A program made the translations under genes and the position numbers. A DNA stretch of 32,000 bases from Acaryochloris marina S15 (GTDB taxonomy: Bacteria; Cyanobacteriota; Cyanobacteriia; Thermosynechococcales; Thermosynechococcaceae): NCBI RefSeq assembly GCF_018336915.1, contig NZ_CP064926.1:90001-122000 (forward strand), written 5' to 3'. Under the pieces are notes generated by a model, which was not told where the DNA came from, searched no databases, and was given only the letters and a program-made list of their open reading frames with translations. Positions 8,904-16,387 of the stretch are shown here, piece after piece (positions within the stretch are counted from its first letter, which is position 1; each line of letters starts with the position of its first letter).

Positions 8904-8937
8904 GAACCGGACTTGCGACTTTCACCGCATCCGGCTC
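8904..8937 (-). ncRNA. Group II intron catalytic domain V
   Basis: The minus strand reads GAGCCGGAUGCGGUGAAAGUCGCAAGUCCGGUUC. This is 34 nt with the AGC triad, a 2-nt bulge geometry and a GAAA tetraloop, as in the domain V consensus. Confidence 0.85.
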
Positions 8938-10598
8938 AAGCGGTCAAATAACTGGCGATTTCCATGTACTTGTTGGTGGCAATAAAAGTGTAGAAGCACC
9001 AGGTTTCCATAGGTGTCCTTTCCCCCTTGAGCTTTAGGAATCCTATGGTGAATATGTAGAGATTCCCCGTTATATAGGCTTTCTCTACAAATCGGACATA
9101 TGTGTTTCTGATTATTTGCCACTTTTAGATAACTGGGATATTTCACCTTCCCTGCTTTGTTTCTCTTCTTCCAATACTCCCTTAATTCAGGATCATCAGG
9201 AGAAGATCTACCTTTAACCATGACGTGTCTTTTGATATTGAAACTATTCATTTTCAACATCGTATTGCCATTGGTTTTATCCATAAAGCTAGATGAGCTT
9301 TGTGGGTAAAGAGGGCTAATTCCCCAGTATTTCTCTCGCAACCATCCATAGGATTTATGGATGTGGGTTCTTCTTGCGAATCTATAACATCGATGATAGA
9401 TAAACCTATCGAGCTTGTTAAAAATTTCGCTGCTGACTACGTGTCTATAGTAGTTACACCAACCCCTTATTTTAGGATTGATTTCAGCTATGAGAAGAAC
9501 AACTTCCTTTCCTAGACAGGACTTGAAAATATCTCTAATTTGATTTCTAAATTTAGAGATATTAGATTTGGATGGTTTTATCAGTAGTTTATTTCCAGAT
9601 TTTGAATTCTGGTCTTTATACTGCCTGATATTAAAGCCCAAGAAGTCAAATCCTTCCTCTATGTGTATAACTCTAGTCTTATCCTCGGAGAAAACTAGAC
9701 TTCTGTACTTGAGGAATTCTTCTACCTCTTGTTTTGCTTTTTCGGCATCATTCTTAGACTGACAAAAGACCACAAAGTCATCAGCATATCTGACAAGTAT
9801 TCGTGGTGTTCTGACTGAATTGCCTATTGGCTGTTTGACGCCTATCCAATCTTCCATTCCGTGAAGGGCAATATTAGCTAATAGTGGGCTAATTATGCCT
9901 CCCTGTGGTGTTCCTGCCTCTGTTGGATGAAAAATACCATCTTCCATGAACCCTGATTTTAGCCATTCTTTGATAAGTTTCCTGGCTGGAAAATTACCAA
10001 TCTGACCCATTAGAAATCCATGATCGATTTCGTTGAAACACCCTTTTATATCTGCCTCCAAAATCCACTTTTTATTTCCGCTCGGCCGAGCAGTATTGAA
10101 GATTTTTTGGATGGCATCATGGGTGCTTCTTCCCGGTCGAAAACCATAGCTACATCCTTCAAACTTTGCTTCCCAAAATGGCTCCAATGCACTTTTAACG
10201 ATTGCCTGAAGGCAGCGGTCAATTATGGATGGTATGCCTAATGGCCGCTTCTTACCATTTGATTTAGGAATATATATTCGTTTGGATGGTAGTGGTTTCC
10301 ACGGTATAAACTTTCTCAGTATATCAACCAAACAGCTTCTGGCTTCTGGTGTTTTTACTAGGAGTTTATCTATTCCAGGTGTATTTTTCCCTTGGTTGAT
10401 TTGAGTTACTCTTCTTACTGCTATTAGCGTATTGGAATAACTCTTCATTATCAACTTCTGGAGGCTGCGTACACGTTTCCAGTTATTCTTTTGAGAAGCC
10501 TTGAATATTCTCTGTCTTAAATTCCTAACAGTCCGATTGGCCTTACGCCAATTAATCGTATTCCAATCAGTTGTTCTTTGGCTTACGTTTGCTACCAT
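8922..10598 (-). CDS. Group II intron-encoded protein: reverse transcriptase / maturase (X) / HNH endonuclease
   Basis: RT blocks are RIYIPKSNGKKRPLGIPSIIDRCLQ, YGFRPGRSTHDAI, GTPQGGIISPLLANIAL and RYADDFVVF (YADD). The X domain has RGWCNYYRH. The HNH region is CPICRESL...HIHHRIPKAQGG...LLHFYCHQQVH. ATG at 10598; an alternative GTG lies at 10607. Confidence 0.9.
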   Translation of the reverse strand: MVANVSQRTTDWNTINWRKANRTVRNLRQRIFKASQKNNWKRVRSLQKLIMKSYSNTLIAVRRVTQINQGKNTPGIDKLLVKTPEARSCLVDILRKFIPWKPLPSKRIYIPKSNGKKRPLGIPSIIDRCLQAIVKSALEPFWEAKFEGCSYGFRPGRSTHDAIQKIFNTARPSGNKKWILEADIKGCFNEIDHGFLMGQIGNFPARKLIKEWLKSGFMEDGIFHPTEAGTPQGGIISPLLANIALHGMEDWIGVKQPIGNSVRTPRILVRYADDFVVFCQSKNDAEKAKQEVEEFLKYRSLVFSEDKTRVIHIEEGFDFLGFNIRQYKDQNSKSGNKLLIKPSKSNISKFRNQIRDIFKSCLGKEVVLLIAEINPKIRGWCNYYRHVVSSEIFNKLDRFIYHRCYRFARRTHIHKSYGWLREKYWGISPLYPQSSSSFMDKTNGNTMLKMNSFNIKRHVMVKGRSSPDDPELREYWKKRNKAGKVKYPSYLKVANNQKHICPICRESLYNGESLHIHHRIPKAQGGKDTYGNLVLLHFYCHQQVHGNRQLFDRLSRMR

Positions 10599-11270
10599 TG
10601 GTAACACCTAACTTTTTGCTCAAAGTTCAGTCTTCTTACCTAGAATTTCAAGGTGACTACCTGTCTCACGTCAGCAGTCTTTCGACTTAAGCATTTCGCT
10701 CTATCCACTCGGTTATGATTTCCCGTTGCCTTTCGGCTAGTGGCCTTTGCTTCTTGAGACATCCTGTTCCCACTGAGGGGTTGGGCATCCCTCACGGTTT
10801 GCTTACTGGAAGAGAAGTACTCTCACAGACCTCATTGGGGTTTCCATGTTCCGCTAGAACAGGAGAACGGATGAGGTTAGGATTCCTTTATACTCCGGGG
10901 ATTGGGTACCCCTACAAAAACGCTACACAGCTCGTTTTGCCCATTAATTCCCGCATAACCCTGTCAGCCATTTTGGGTTACCTAAAATTTCGGAGCCTCA
11001 ACAAGGATTCACTTGTGTTATCCATACTCATCTTGCCCTAGCCCTTTACCCAGTTATGGCTATTAGTCAGGGGCATTTAACCTCTTCAGCTTCACACGCT
11101 GGACTTACATCTGGCGCATGTCCGAGGCGGACACCTGCCGTTGGGTACTGGCAGGGGATTCTCAGAAGGCCGGGAATCCACTCGTTCTAGCGACATCGTG
11201 TCGCGAAGTGTAAGTTTTAGTGTAATACAGATTTTGGTACAAAATCTGGAATTAAAACCACAGGTCTAAT

Positions 11271-11342
11271 ATAGTGATCTTGGACTTCATGCTCTGTGGT
11301 GCAAATTATTTCGTGTTTGGCTCAACATGCCGACTTGCCACC
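11271..11342. repeat. Copy A of a ~72-bp dispersed repeat (copy B at 23799..23871)
   Basis: atagtgatcttggacttcatgctctgtggtgcaaattatttcgtgtttggctcaacatgccgacttgcc aligns with atagtgatcttggaatctatgctctgtggaataatttatgtcgcgtttcgctcaacgctccgacatccc. Identity is roughly 75-80% in the same orientation. Confidence 0.6.
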
Positions 11343-12205
11343 TAGGCTGAATTTTTCTGTAGCCAGTTCACTAAATCAGCAGATTCCGTAAAGTCGAGCA
11401 ATGCTTCGCCCAATGCTTCGAGCTGATCGAGGGAGAGGGACTGGATTTGCGATCGCAACTCTGGGGAAACGTCACCAAGACGTCGGGTGAGTTGACGGAG
11501 GATAAGCGATTGTCCTTCTTCCTGCCGTCCTTCTTCACGTCCTTCTTCACGTCCTTCTTGGCGACCTTCTTGAAGAAATTCTTCTTTCCACTCTTGATAG
11601 ATGACTGACTGTTGCATAATCTCTTTCCGCAGAACTTGATTAATGACGTCCCTCTCCAATGTTAACCCAGCTAGAATCCCAGTGGAGGCAGCCACATTAC
11701 TTTGAACCCGTGTTTCTGAAACTACATCAATACGTTCAGCCACCTGTCGCAAGGTTTGAGCTTGATCTGGAGTATTGGTTAAAACAGCTAATGGAAGCAG
11801 CCCCGTCGATTCCAAGAAGAGTTGTGTTGGCTGCTCCCAGAGGCGTACGACCTCAAACTCATGGCGAGTTCTCGGAATCTCAAATGCTGTCTGGAAAACA
11901 TAATCTGATTGGGATGGAGTCAAATAGATTACCACCTGCTTCATCTCTTTCTGGGGAAAGCGACGATAGACCCGCAAGCGATAATCAGCCATGCGATAAG
12001 GCATATTCGGATCGGGTTCCGTTTGAAATTCTAGATGAAGAATGTACTCTTCAGAAGCTAGCAATATCAATGCATCGGCTCGAATCGGCTCGAGGGACAG
12101 TTCTGAGGGACTGAGTTCAGTGAGAGGAATAGGTTCACCGAGTAGCCAAGAAGCGAAATCACTGGAAAAGCTTTCTGCAAGGAACTTACAGGTGGAATCA
12201 AACAT
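11342..12205 (-). CDS. Rpn-family PD-(D/E)XK putative nuclease/transposase with a DUF4351-like C-terminal domain
   Basis: The N-terminus MFDSTCKFLAESFSSDFASWLLGEPI...IRADALILL...LHLEFQTEPDPNMPYRMADYRLRVYRRF is typical of the abundant cyanobacterial family. The C-terminal part is LILRQLTRRLGDVSPELRSQIQSLSLDQLEALGEALLDF. There is an internal EGRQEGREEGREEGRQEEG low-complexity linker. Confidence 0.7.
   Translation of the reverse strand: MFDSTCKFLAESFSSDFASWLLGEPIPLTELSPSELSLEPIRADALILLASEEYILHLEFQTEPDPNMPYRMADYRLRVYRRFPQKEMKQVVIYLTPSQSDYVFQTAFEIPRTRHEFEVVRLWEQPTQLFLESTGLLPLAVLTNTPDQAQTLRQVAERIDVVSETRVQSNVAASTGILAGLTLERDVINQVLRKEIMQQSVIYQEWKEEFLQEGRQEGREEGREEGRQEEGQSLILRQLTRRLGDVSPELRSQIQSLSLDQLEALGEALLDFTESADLVNWLQKNSA
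11449..11456. repeat. HIP1 octamer GCGATCGC
   Basis: Exact match. Confidence 0.9.
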
Positions 12206-12305
12206 GCAGGAATTATATCAGTCTCTGGAGGATGTTCTCTTTGGGCAGGCTGTCCTTAGCTAGACAAACCCGTCCAGCGCTCAGAGTTGAGAACATGACT
12301 TTAGC

Positions 12306-13976
12306 TCAGTCGATAATTTGAATCTGGTAGCTGTAACCTTGCTCCGTCAAAAATAATTGTCGATGTCGAGCAAAATCCTCTTCGCAGGTCTGTAATGAGA
12401 CGAGACTATAAAACTGTGCAGGGTGACCATCTGCCTTGGGGCGGAGAATTCTGCCCAATCGCTGAGCTTCTTCCTGACGCGAACCATATTTACCTGAGAC
12501 CTGAATTAAAACATCAGCATCGGGTAAGTCCAACGCAAAATTTCCTACTCTGGATAGTACGAGTCCCTGAAATTTCCCTTGGCGAAATTCTCCATAAAGC
12601 CGTTCCCGTTCCTTTTGAGCAGTTTTCCCAGTAATTAACGGCAAGTCTGTCAATTCAGCGATCGCTTGGAGCTGGGAAATATACTCACCAATAATCAAAA
12701 TTCGATGCCCGCTCTCTTGCTGCAATAGCTCCTCTATGACCTTCAGCTTGCGTGGATTCTCCGCTGCGACCCGAAATTGCTGTCGGCGAGGAGTCAGGGC
12801 ATATTCCATTTGCCGTTCTGGGTCTTGGCCAATCCTGATTTCAGTACATTCTGCAGTGGCGATAAAGCCTTGCCCTTCCAACTCTCGCCAAGGGACGTCA
12901 TAGCGTTTAGGGCCGATCAGTGCAAACACATCCCCCTCACGGCCATCTTCACGGATTAGCGTTGCGGTTAGTCCCAAGCGGCGGCGAGCCTGTAACTCAG
13001 CCGTAACTCGAAAGATAGGAGCAGGGAGCAGATGGACTTCATCATAGATGACCAGTCCCCAAGCATGAGCATTAAACAGCTTAAAGTGTGGAAACTCAGA
13101 TTCGGGTGAAGGTCGATAGGTGAGAATTTGGTAGGTTGCCAGGGTAACTGGGCCGGTTGATTTTTGCTCACCACTGTATTCAGCAATGGCATCTTCAGGC
13201 AGGTTAGTTTTATCTAATAACTCCCGCTGCCACTGGCGGACGGAGGTCAGATTGCTGGTAAGAATGAGGGTATGTTCTTGGACTGCAGCCATAACGGCCA
13301 TCCCCACCATTGTTTTGCCCGCTCCACAGGGCAAAACAATCACCCCACTCCCACCTTGAGTACTTCCCGCTTGATAAAACATATCTGCAGCGTCTTGTTG
13401 ATAGGGTCGCAGGTGAAACGATGAACCAGTTCGAGTTTGTTGGAGCAGCTGGAGCGATAAAGCCTCCCCATCCACGTATCCTGCAAGGTCCTCAGCTGGG
13501 TAGCCTGCTGTCAGCAAGGCTTGTTTCAGAAGTCCTCGATAACTGTAGTCAACCTGAAAGGAGCGGTTAGACTTTTGTACCCCTAACAGTGGAGAGACCT
13601 GCTCGTCTCTGCGTAAGAGTTCGACTAAAGGTAGGGTGGCAATCGTCAGCAACAACTGGAGCCCATCTTTTTCAATCACGGTTAATCCATACCGCTGTCC
13701 CAATGCCTCAATTTCTTGAGCCACGGCATCTGGCATGGGATATTTTGCATGCTGTTTGAGTGCTCCAATCATCTCTGATATGGGCATCCCAGCAGCCCGA
13801 GCATTCCAAATGCTGAGGGGGGTCAGTTGATAGGTATGGATATGTTCGGGGCTTTTGACTAATTCCGCAAAAGGGGAGATCGCTTCCCGAGCAGCATCAG
13901 CAGTGGGAGCATGCACCTCCAAGAGTACGGAGCGATCACTCTGAATGATTAAGGCATTTTCAGCAATGTAGGTCAT
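12306..13976 (-). CDS. XPB/ERCC3/Ssl2-type superfamily-2 DNA helicase (556 aa)
   Basis: Motif I is VLPCGAGKT and motif II is YDEVHLLPA (DEVH). Motif III carries the XPB-specific RED signature, LGLTATLIREDGREGDVFALIGPKRYDVPW. Motif VI is QEEAQRLGRILR. The N-terminal ~110 aa resemble the XPB damage-recognition/N-terminal domain. Confidence 0.85.
   Translation of the reverse strand: MTYIAENALIIQSDRSVLLEVHAPTADAAREAISPFAELVKSPEHIHTYQLTPLSIWNARAAGMPISEMIGALKQHAKYPMPDAVAQEIEALGQRYGLTVIEKDGLQLLLTIATLPLVELLRRDEQVSPLLGVQKSNRSFQVDYSYRGLLKQALLTAGYPAEDLAGYVDGEALSLQLLQQTRTGSSFHLRPYQQDAADMFYQAGSTQGGSGVIVLPCGAGKTMVGMAVMAAVQEHTLILTSNLTSVRQWQRELLDKTNLPEDAIAEYSGEQKSTGPVTLATYQILTYRPSPESEFPHFKLFNAHAWGLVIYDEVHLLPAPIFRVTAELQARRRLGLTATLIREDGREGDVFALIGPKRYDVPWRELEGQGFIATAECTEIRIGQDPERQMEYALTPRRQQFRVAAENPRKLKVIEELLQQESGHRILIIGEYISQLQAIAELTDLPLITGKTAQKERERLYGEFRQGKFQGLVLSRVGNFALDLPDADVLIQVSGKYGSRQEEAQRLGRILRPKADGHPAQFYSLVSLQTCEEDFARHRQLFLTEQGYSYQIQIID
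12658..12665. repeat. HIP1 octamer GCGATCGC
   Basis: Exact match. Confidence 0.9.
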
Positions 13977-13979
13977 CTT

Positions 13980-15848
13980 CTAGGAGAGGGAGATGCTATA
14001 ACCGAGTTTTCGTAAAGCATTGCGAAATCTTGTCTCTGTGTCTGTGGGCACCACTAGATGACGGTCGCCTGCTAAAAAACAGAATTTCTTGGTACGGGAA
14101 TCGTTGGCAATCAGGGTGGCAAGCATGGGGTCATTGCATTCAATCAGCCGAGCGGTCCCCTGATCGACTAAGCTCTGACTCCGAGTTTCTAAATCTGCTA
14201 TAAACTGCTCGACCGTGTTCGGCAATGGATCTAGACTGCCTTTTTCCAGAAATTGCTGCAGGTCTTTGAGGCCATGGCCAGAGGCAAGAGAACTCAAGGC
14301 TTGCTCCCGATTCAGCTTCCAGACAACATCAGACTCCTGTTTGGCATACAGTTCTAACACTAGGGTCTCAGCACTAGTAAGGGGTTGACCCGTCACGATC
14401 ACGTCTAGATTGGGTAGAACTCGGAGGGTTGATGCCACTGCCACAGCGGTAGGAATATATTGAGTAATTAATCCCAAACAGTAAGCCCCTAAAGCATTCA
14501 CCCGAAAACAGACCAAACCGTCATATCGGCTCACAAACGCCAAGTTGTCTGCTCCCCAGTAATCATTCACCTCCTCCACTTCTCCGTCATACGGAGAAAC
14601 ATAACCGACATCAATGAGGCCAAGGGTAGCAGCATATTCCAACAAGAAGCACCGCAAATAGCATGACTGCAAAATGCTCCAGTTTGAACCAGCATCGTAT
14701 AAGTCACCATAACCAGATTCAAGAAAGTAGAGGTTTTCTGGATTTCGACTCACAACAAAGGTCTGATGGGTCGCAATCATATACCGTCTAAAGTCTGATA
14801 CATCGATCCATTCCATGACTGGACAACCCTGAAGGGCGGCCAAGATAACTGACCGGCGATTGGGTGGAGATGTCAATCCTCGTTTCCCTTTTCCGGTTTG
14901 GCCTTTAATTTGATCAATACGACGCAATTCATCAAACTGTCGAGTCTTGAGCCATTTTTTCCAGGCGATCTGAAGCGTTTTAGCCGGGTCTGTGCCTAAT
15001 GCTTTTTGACCGGCAGGGGTGAGTTCTAATTTCTTGCCAGATAGAGAAGCAAGTCCAGTGGCTTGGACAATGAGGGGCCAAGCGAGAGATTTGATGGGGC
15101 CAATCGGGTGATTTTCCTGCCAGTCCTCAGTCGGGACAAATTCGTCATAATAGTCCCCACCTTGAAGGTGGGGTGATATTGTTTTGATCGTTGCAGCAGA
15201 GGGGAAGTAGGTCTTGTCACTCACGGCAACTTTACCCAGGTTGATCAGACGAAGGATGGCCAGAAGATCCTGATGGGCAACTCGTTCTGTTTCAACATGA
15301 GTAATCGGTAAATGCTCGGTGATAATTTGTTCGGTTCTAGATTGATAGTCATACAAGATTCGCTCCATCGCCCAAAGGGTGGGCTTTTCCTTTGATGTCT
15401 TTAGGGTTAACTTCTTAGGTTGAGGAACGAATTGTTGGAGTTCCAGATGGAGATCACCAGGGAGAGTTATACCCGGTTCAGAAGAATACCGATTGCTGGT
15501 ATAGAAGAACAATCCTAAAGCGGAGGGAGTATGAAAGTACCCATATTTTCGCTCTCCCCAATGTGGATGGCTACCATACTTGGCCTCGAACGGAAGGGCT
15601 TGAAACTGACCATCTATTGAATAAGTCGCTTCTGCTACGGCAGCTTGCTGAACCGGGTCAAGTGTGTTCCAAATGGCTCTTAGCTTCTTCCCTTGCAGAT
15701 GAGTTGCAATTTCTTTAACGAGGTCATTCTTCCGAGTCAATTTGTGACTTACAGGTAACAAATTGAGCAACTTTTTCAAATAGTCAACGTTACGCTGACT
15801 GAGTGCTTCGGTGACGGTTGAAAATTGCTCGTAGGAAGAATAGGCCAT
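13980..15848 (-). CDS. XPB-associated 622-aa protein of unknown function; the C-terminal ~70 aa resemble the XPB N-terminal domain
   Basis: This long ORF ends (TAG 13982..13980) 3 nt before the helicase ATG (13976). The C-terminus is GTARLIECNDPMLATLIANDSRTKKFCFLAGDRHLVVPTDTETRFRNALRKLGYSI, compared with the helicase N-terminus ALIIQSDRSVLLEVHAPTADAAREAISPFAELV. No catalytic motif was recognised by eye. Confidence 0.6.
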   Translation of the reverse strand: MAYSSYEQFSTVTEALSQRNVDYLKKLLNLLPVSHKLTRKNDLVKEIATHLQGKKLRAIWNTLDPVQQAAVAEATYSIDGQFQALPFEAKYGSHPHWGERKYGYFHTPSALGLFFYTSNRYSSEPGITLPGDLHLELQQFVPQPKKLTLKTSKEKPTLWAMERILYDYQSRTEQIITEHLPITHVETERVAHQDLLAILRLINLGKVAVSDKTYFPSAATIKTISPHLQGGDYYDEFVPTEDWQENHPIGPIKSLAWPLIVQATGLASLSGKKLELTPAGQKALGTDPAKTLQIAWKKWLKTRQFDELRRIDQIKGQTGKGKRGLTSPPNRRSVILAALQGCPVMEWIDVSDFRRYMIATHQTFVVSRNPENLYFLESGYGDLYDAGSNWSILQSCYLRCFLLEYAATLGLIDVGYVSPYDGEVEEVNDYWGADNLAFVSRYDGLVCFRVNALGAYCLGLITQYIPTAVAVASTLRVLPNLDVIVTGQPLTSAETLVLELYAKQESDVVWKLNREQALSSLASGHGLKDLQQFLEKGSLDPLPNTVEQFIADLETRSQSLVDQGTARLIECNDPMLATLIANDSRTKKFCFLAGDRHLVVPTDTETRFRNALRKLGYSISLS

Positions 15849-16021
15849 CGCTGTTAGTGCTTGGTCAAAGTGATAAGGGTAGGCTTGGTGTCTCTAGACT
15901 CCTCCATAGTTTGACAGTCAAACACCTAATACTACAAGGGAATTAAAGGCATGTTAGCTCAATAATCTGTAACGCTTCCAGATCAGGCAAACAGAACCAC
16001 CAACAAACAGCTGATATTTCA

Positions 16022-16052
16022 GGTCAACTGGATAAAAACCCGAAATGAGTTG
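16022..16052. repeat. Direct repeat copy 1 in the divergent intergenic region
   Basis: ggtcaactggataaaaacccgaaatgagttg compared with ggtcagctagataaaaacccgaaaccagttg (16218..16248). The core gataaaaacccgaaa is identical. Confidence 0.5.
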
Positions 16053-16217
16053 GCAGTTAAATCGTCTGTCTCTTCTTTTTCAGTTATTGATATCAGGTTT
16101 AATATAGCGATCTGACGTGAGTTGTGAGACTTATATTCAACCTAAATGGACACTGGTAAAGATTTCAGCCTCTCTACATCTCACGATTGATTTCAGATTG
16201 CTATAGTCAATATTTTT

Positions 16218-16248
16218 GGTCAGCTAGATAAAAACCCGAAACCAGTTG
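16218..16248. repeat. Direct repeat copy 2 in the divergent intergenic region
   Basis: See copy 1. The copies are spaced 196 bp start to start. Confidence 0.5.
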
Positions 16249-16387
16249 TAGGAGTATTCTAGAACTTGAACTATACCCAGCCACGTAAAGGCTTAGGCAG
16301 TCGCACCTCAATAACATTAATCTAATAGTAGGATAAGCTAATTTTTCACTCAAAGTCTCCTACAACTCTAAGAGTTCAGGAAATAAA

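Larger units (their letters stand above)
8868..11206 (-). mobile_element. Group II intron (likely IIB, chloroplast-like lineage) with an RT-maturase-HNH ORF; both boundaries approximate (+/-15 nt)
   Basis: Domain V lies at 8904..8937. A candidate domain VI hairpin with a bulged A lies at 8866..8900. GC-rich paired helices of domain I lie at 11100..11206. The intron-encoded protein occupies domain IV. Confidence 0.85.

Noticed and set aside
8922-10607. Could the reverse transcriptase be a retron, DGR or defence-associated RT (a candidate novel system)?
   Set aside because: A canonical group II intron domain V lies at 8904..8937. The ORF has the maturase X domain and an HNH endonuclease, and structured GC-rich RNA flanks it. 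It is an ordinary intron-encoded protein.
10715-11041. 108-aa + strand ORF
   Set aside because: It lies antisense within intron domains I-III. The sequence is non-protein-like and explained by the ribozyme. The same applies to 9300..9515, 9568..9762 and 10020..10241, which are antisense to the RT.
11659-12263. ORFs 11659..12114 (+) and 12042..12263 (+)
   Set aside because: They are antisense shadows of the DUF4351/Rpn-like gene.
12395-13570. Short ORFs within or antisense to the XPB helicase gene (12395..12634, 12777..12959, 12968..13192, 13310..13570)
   Set aside because: They overlap a strongly supported helicase frame and have no independent support.
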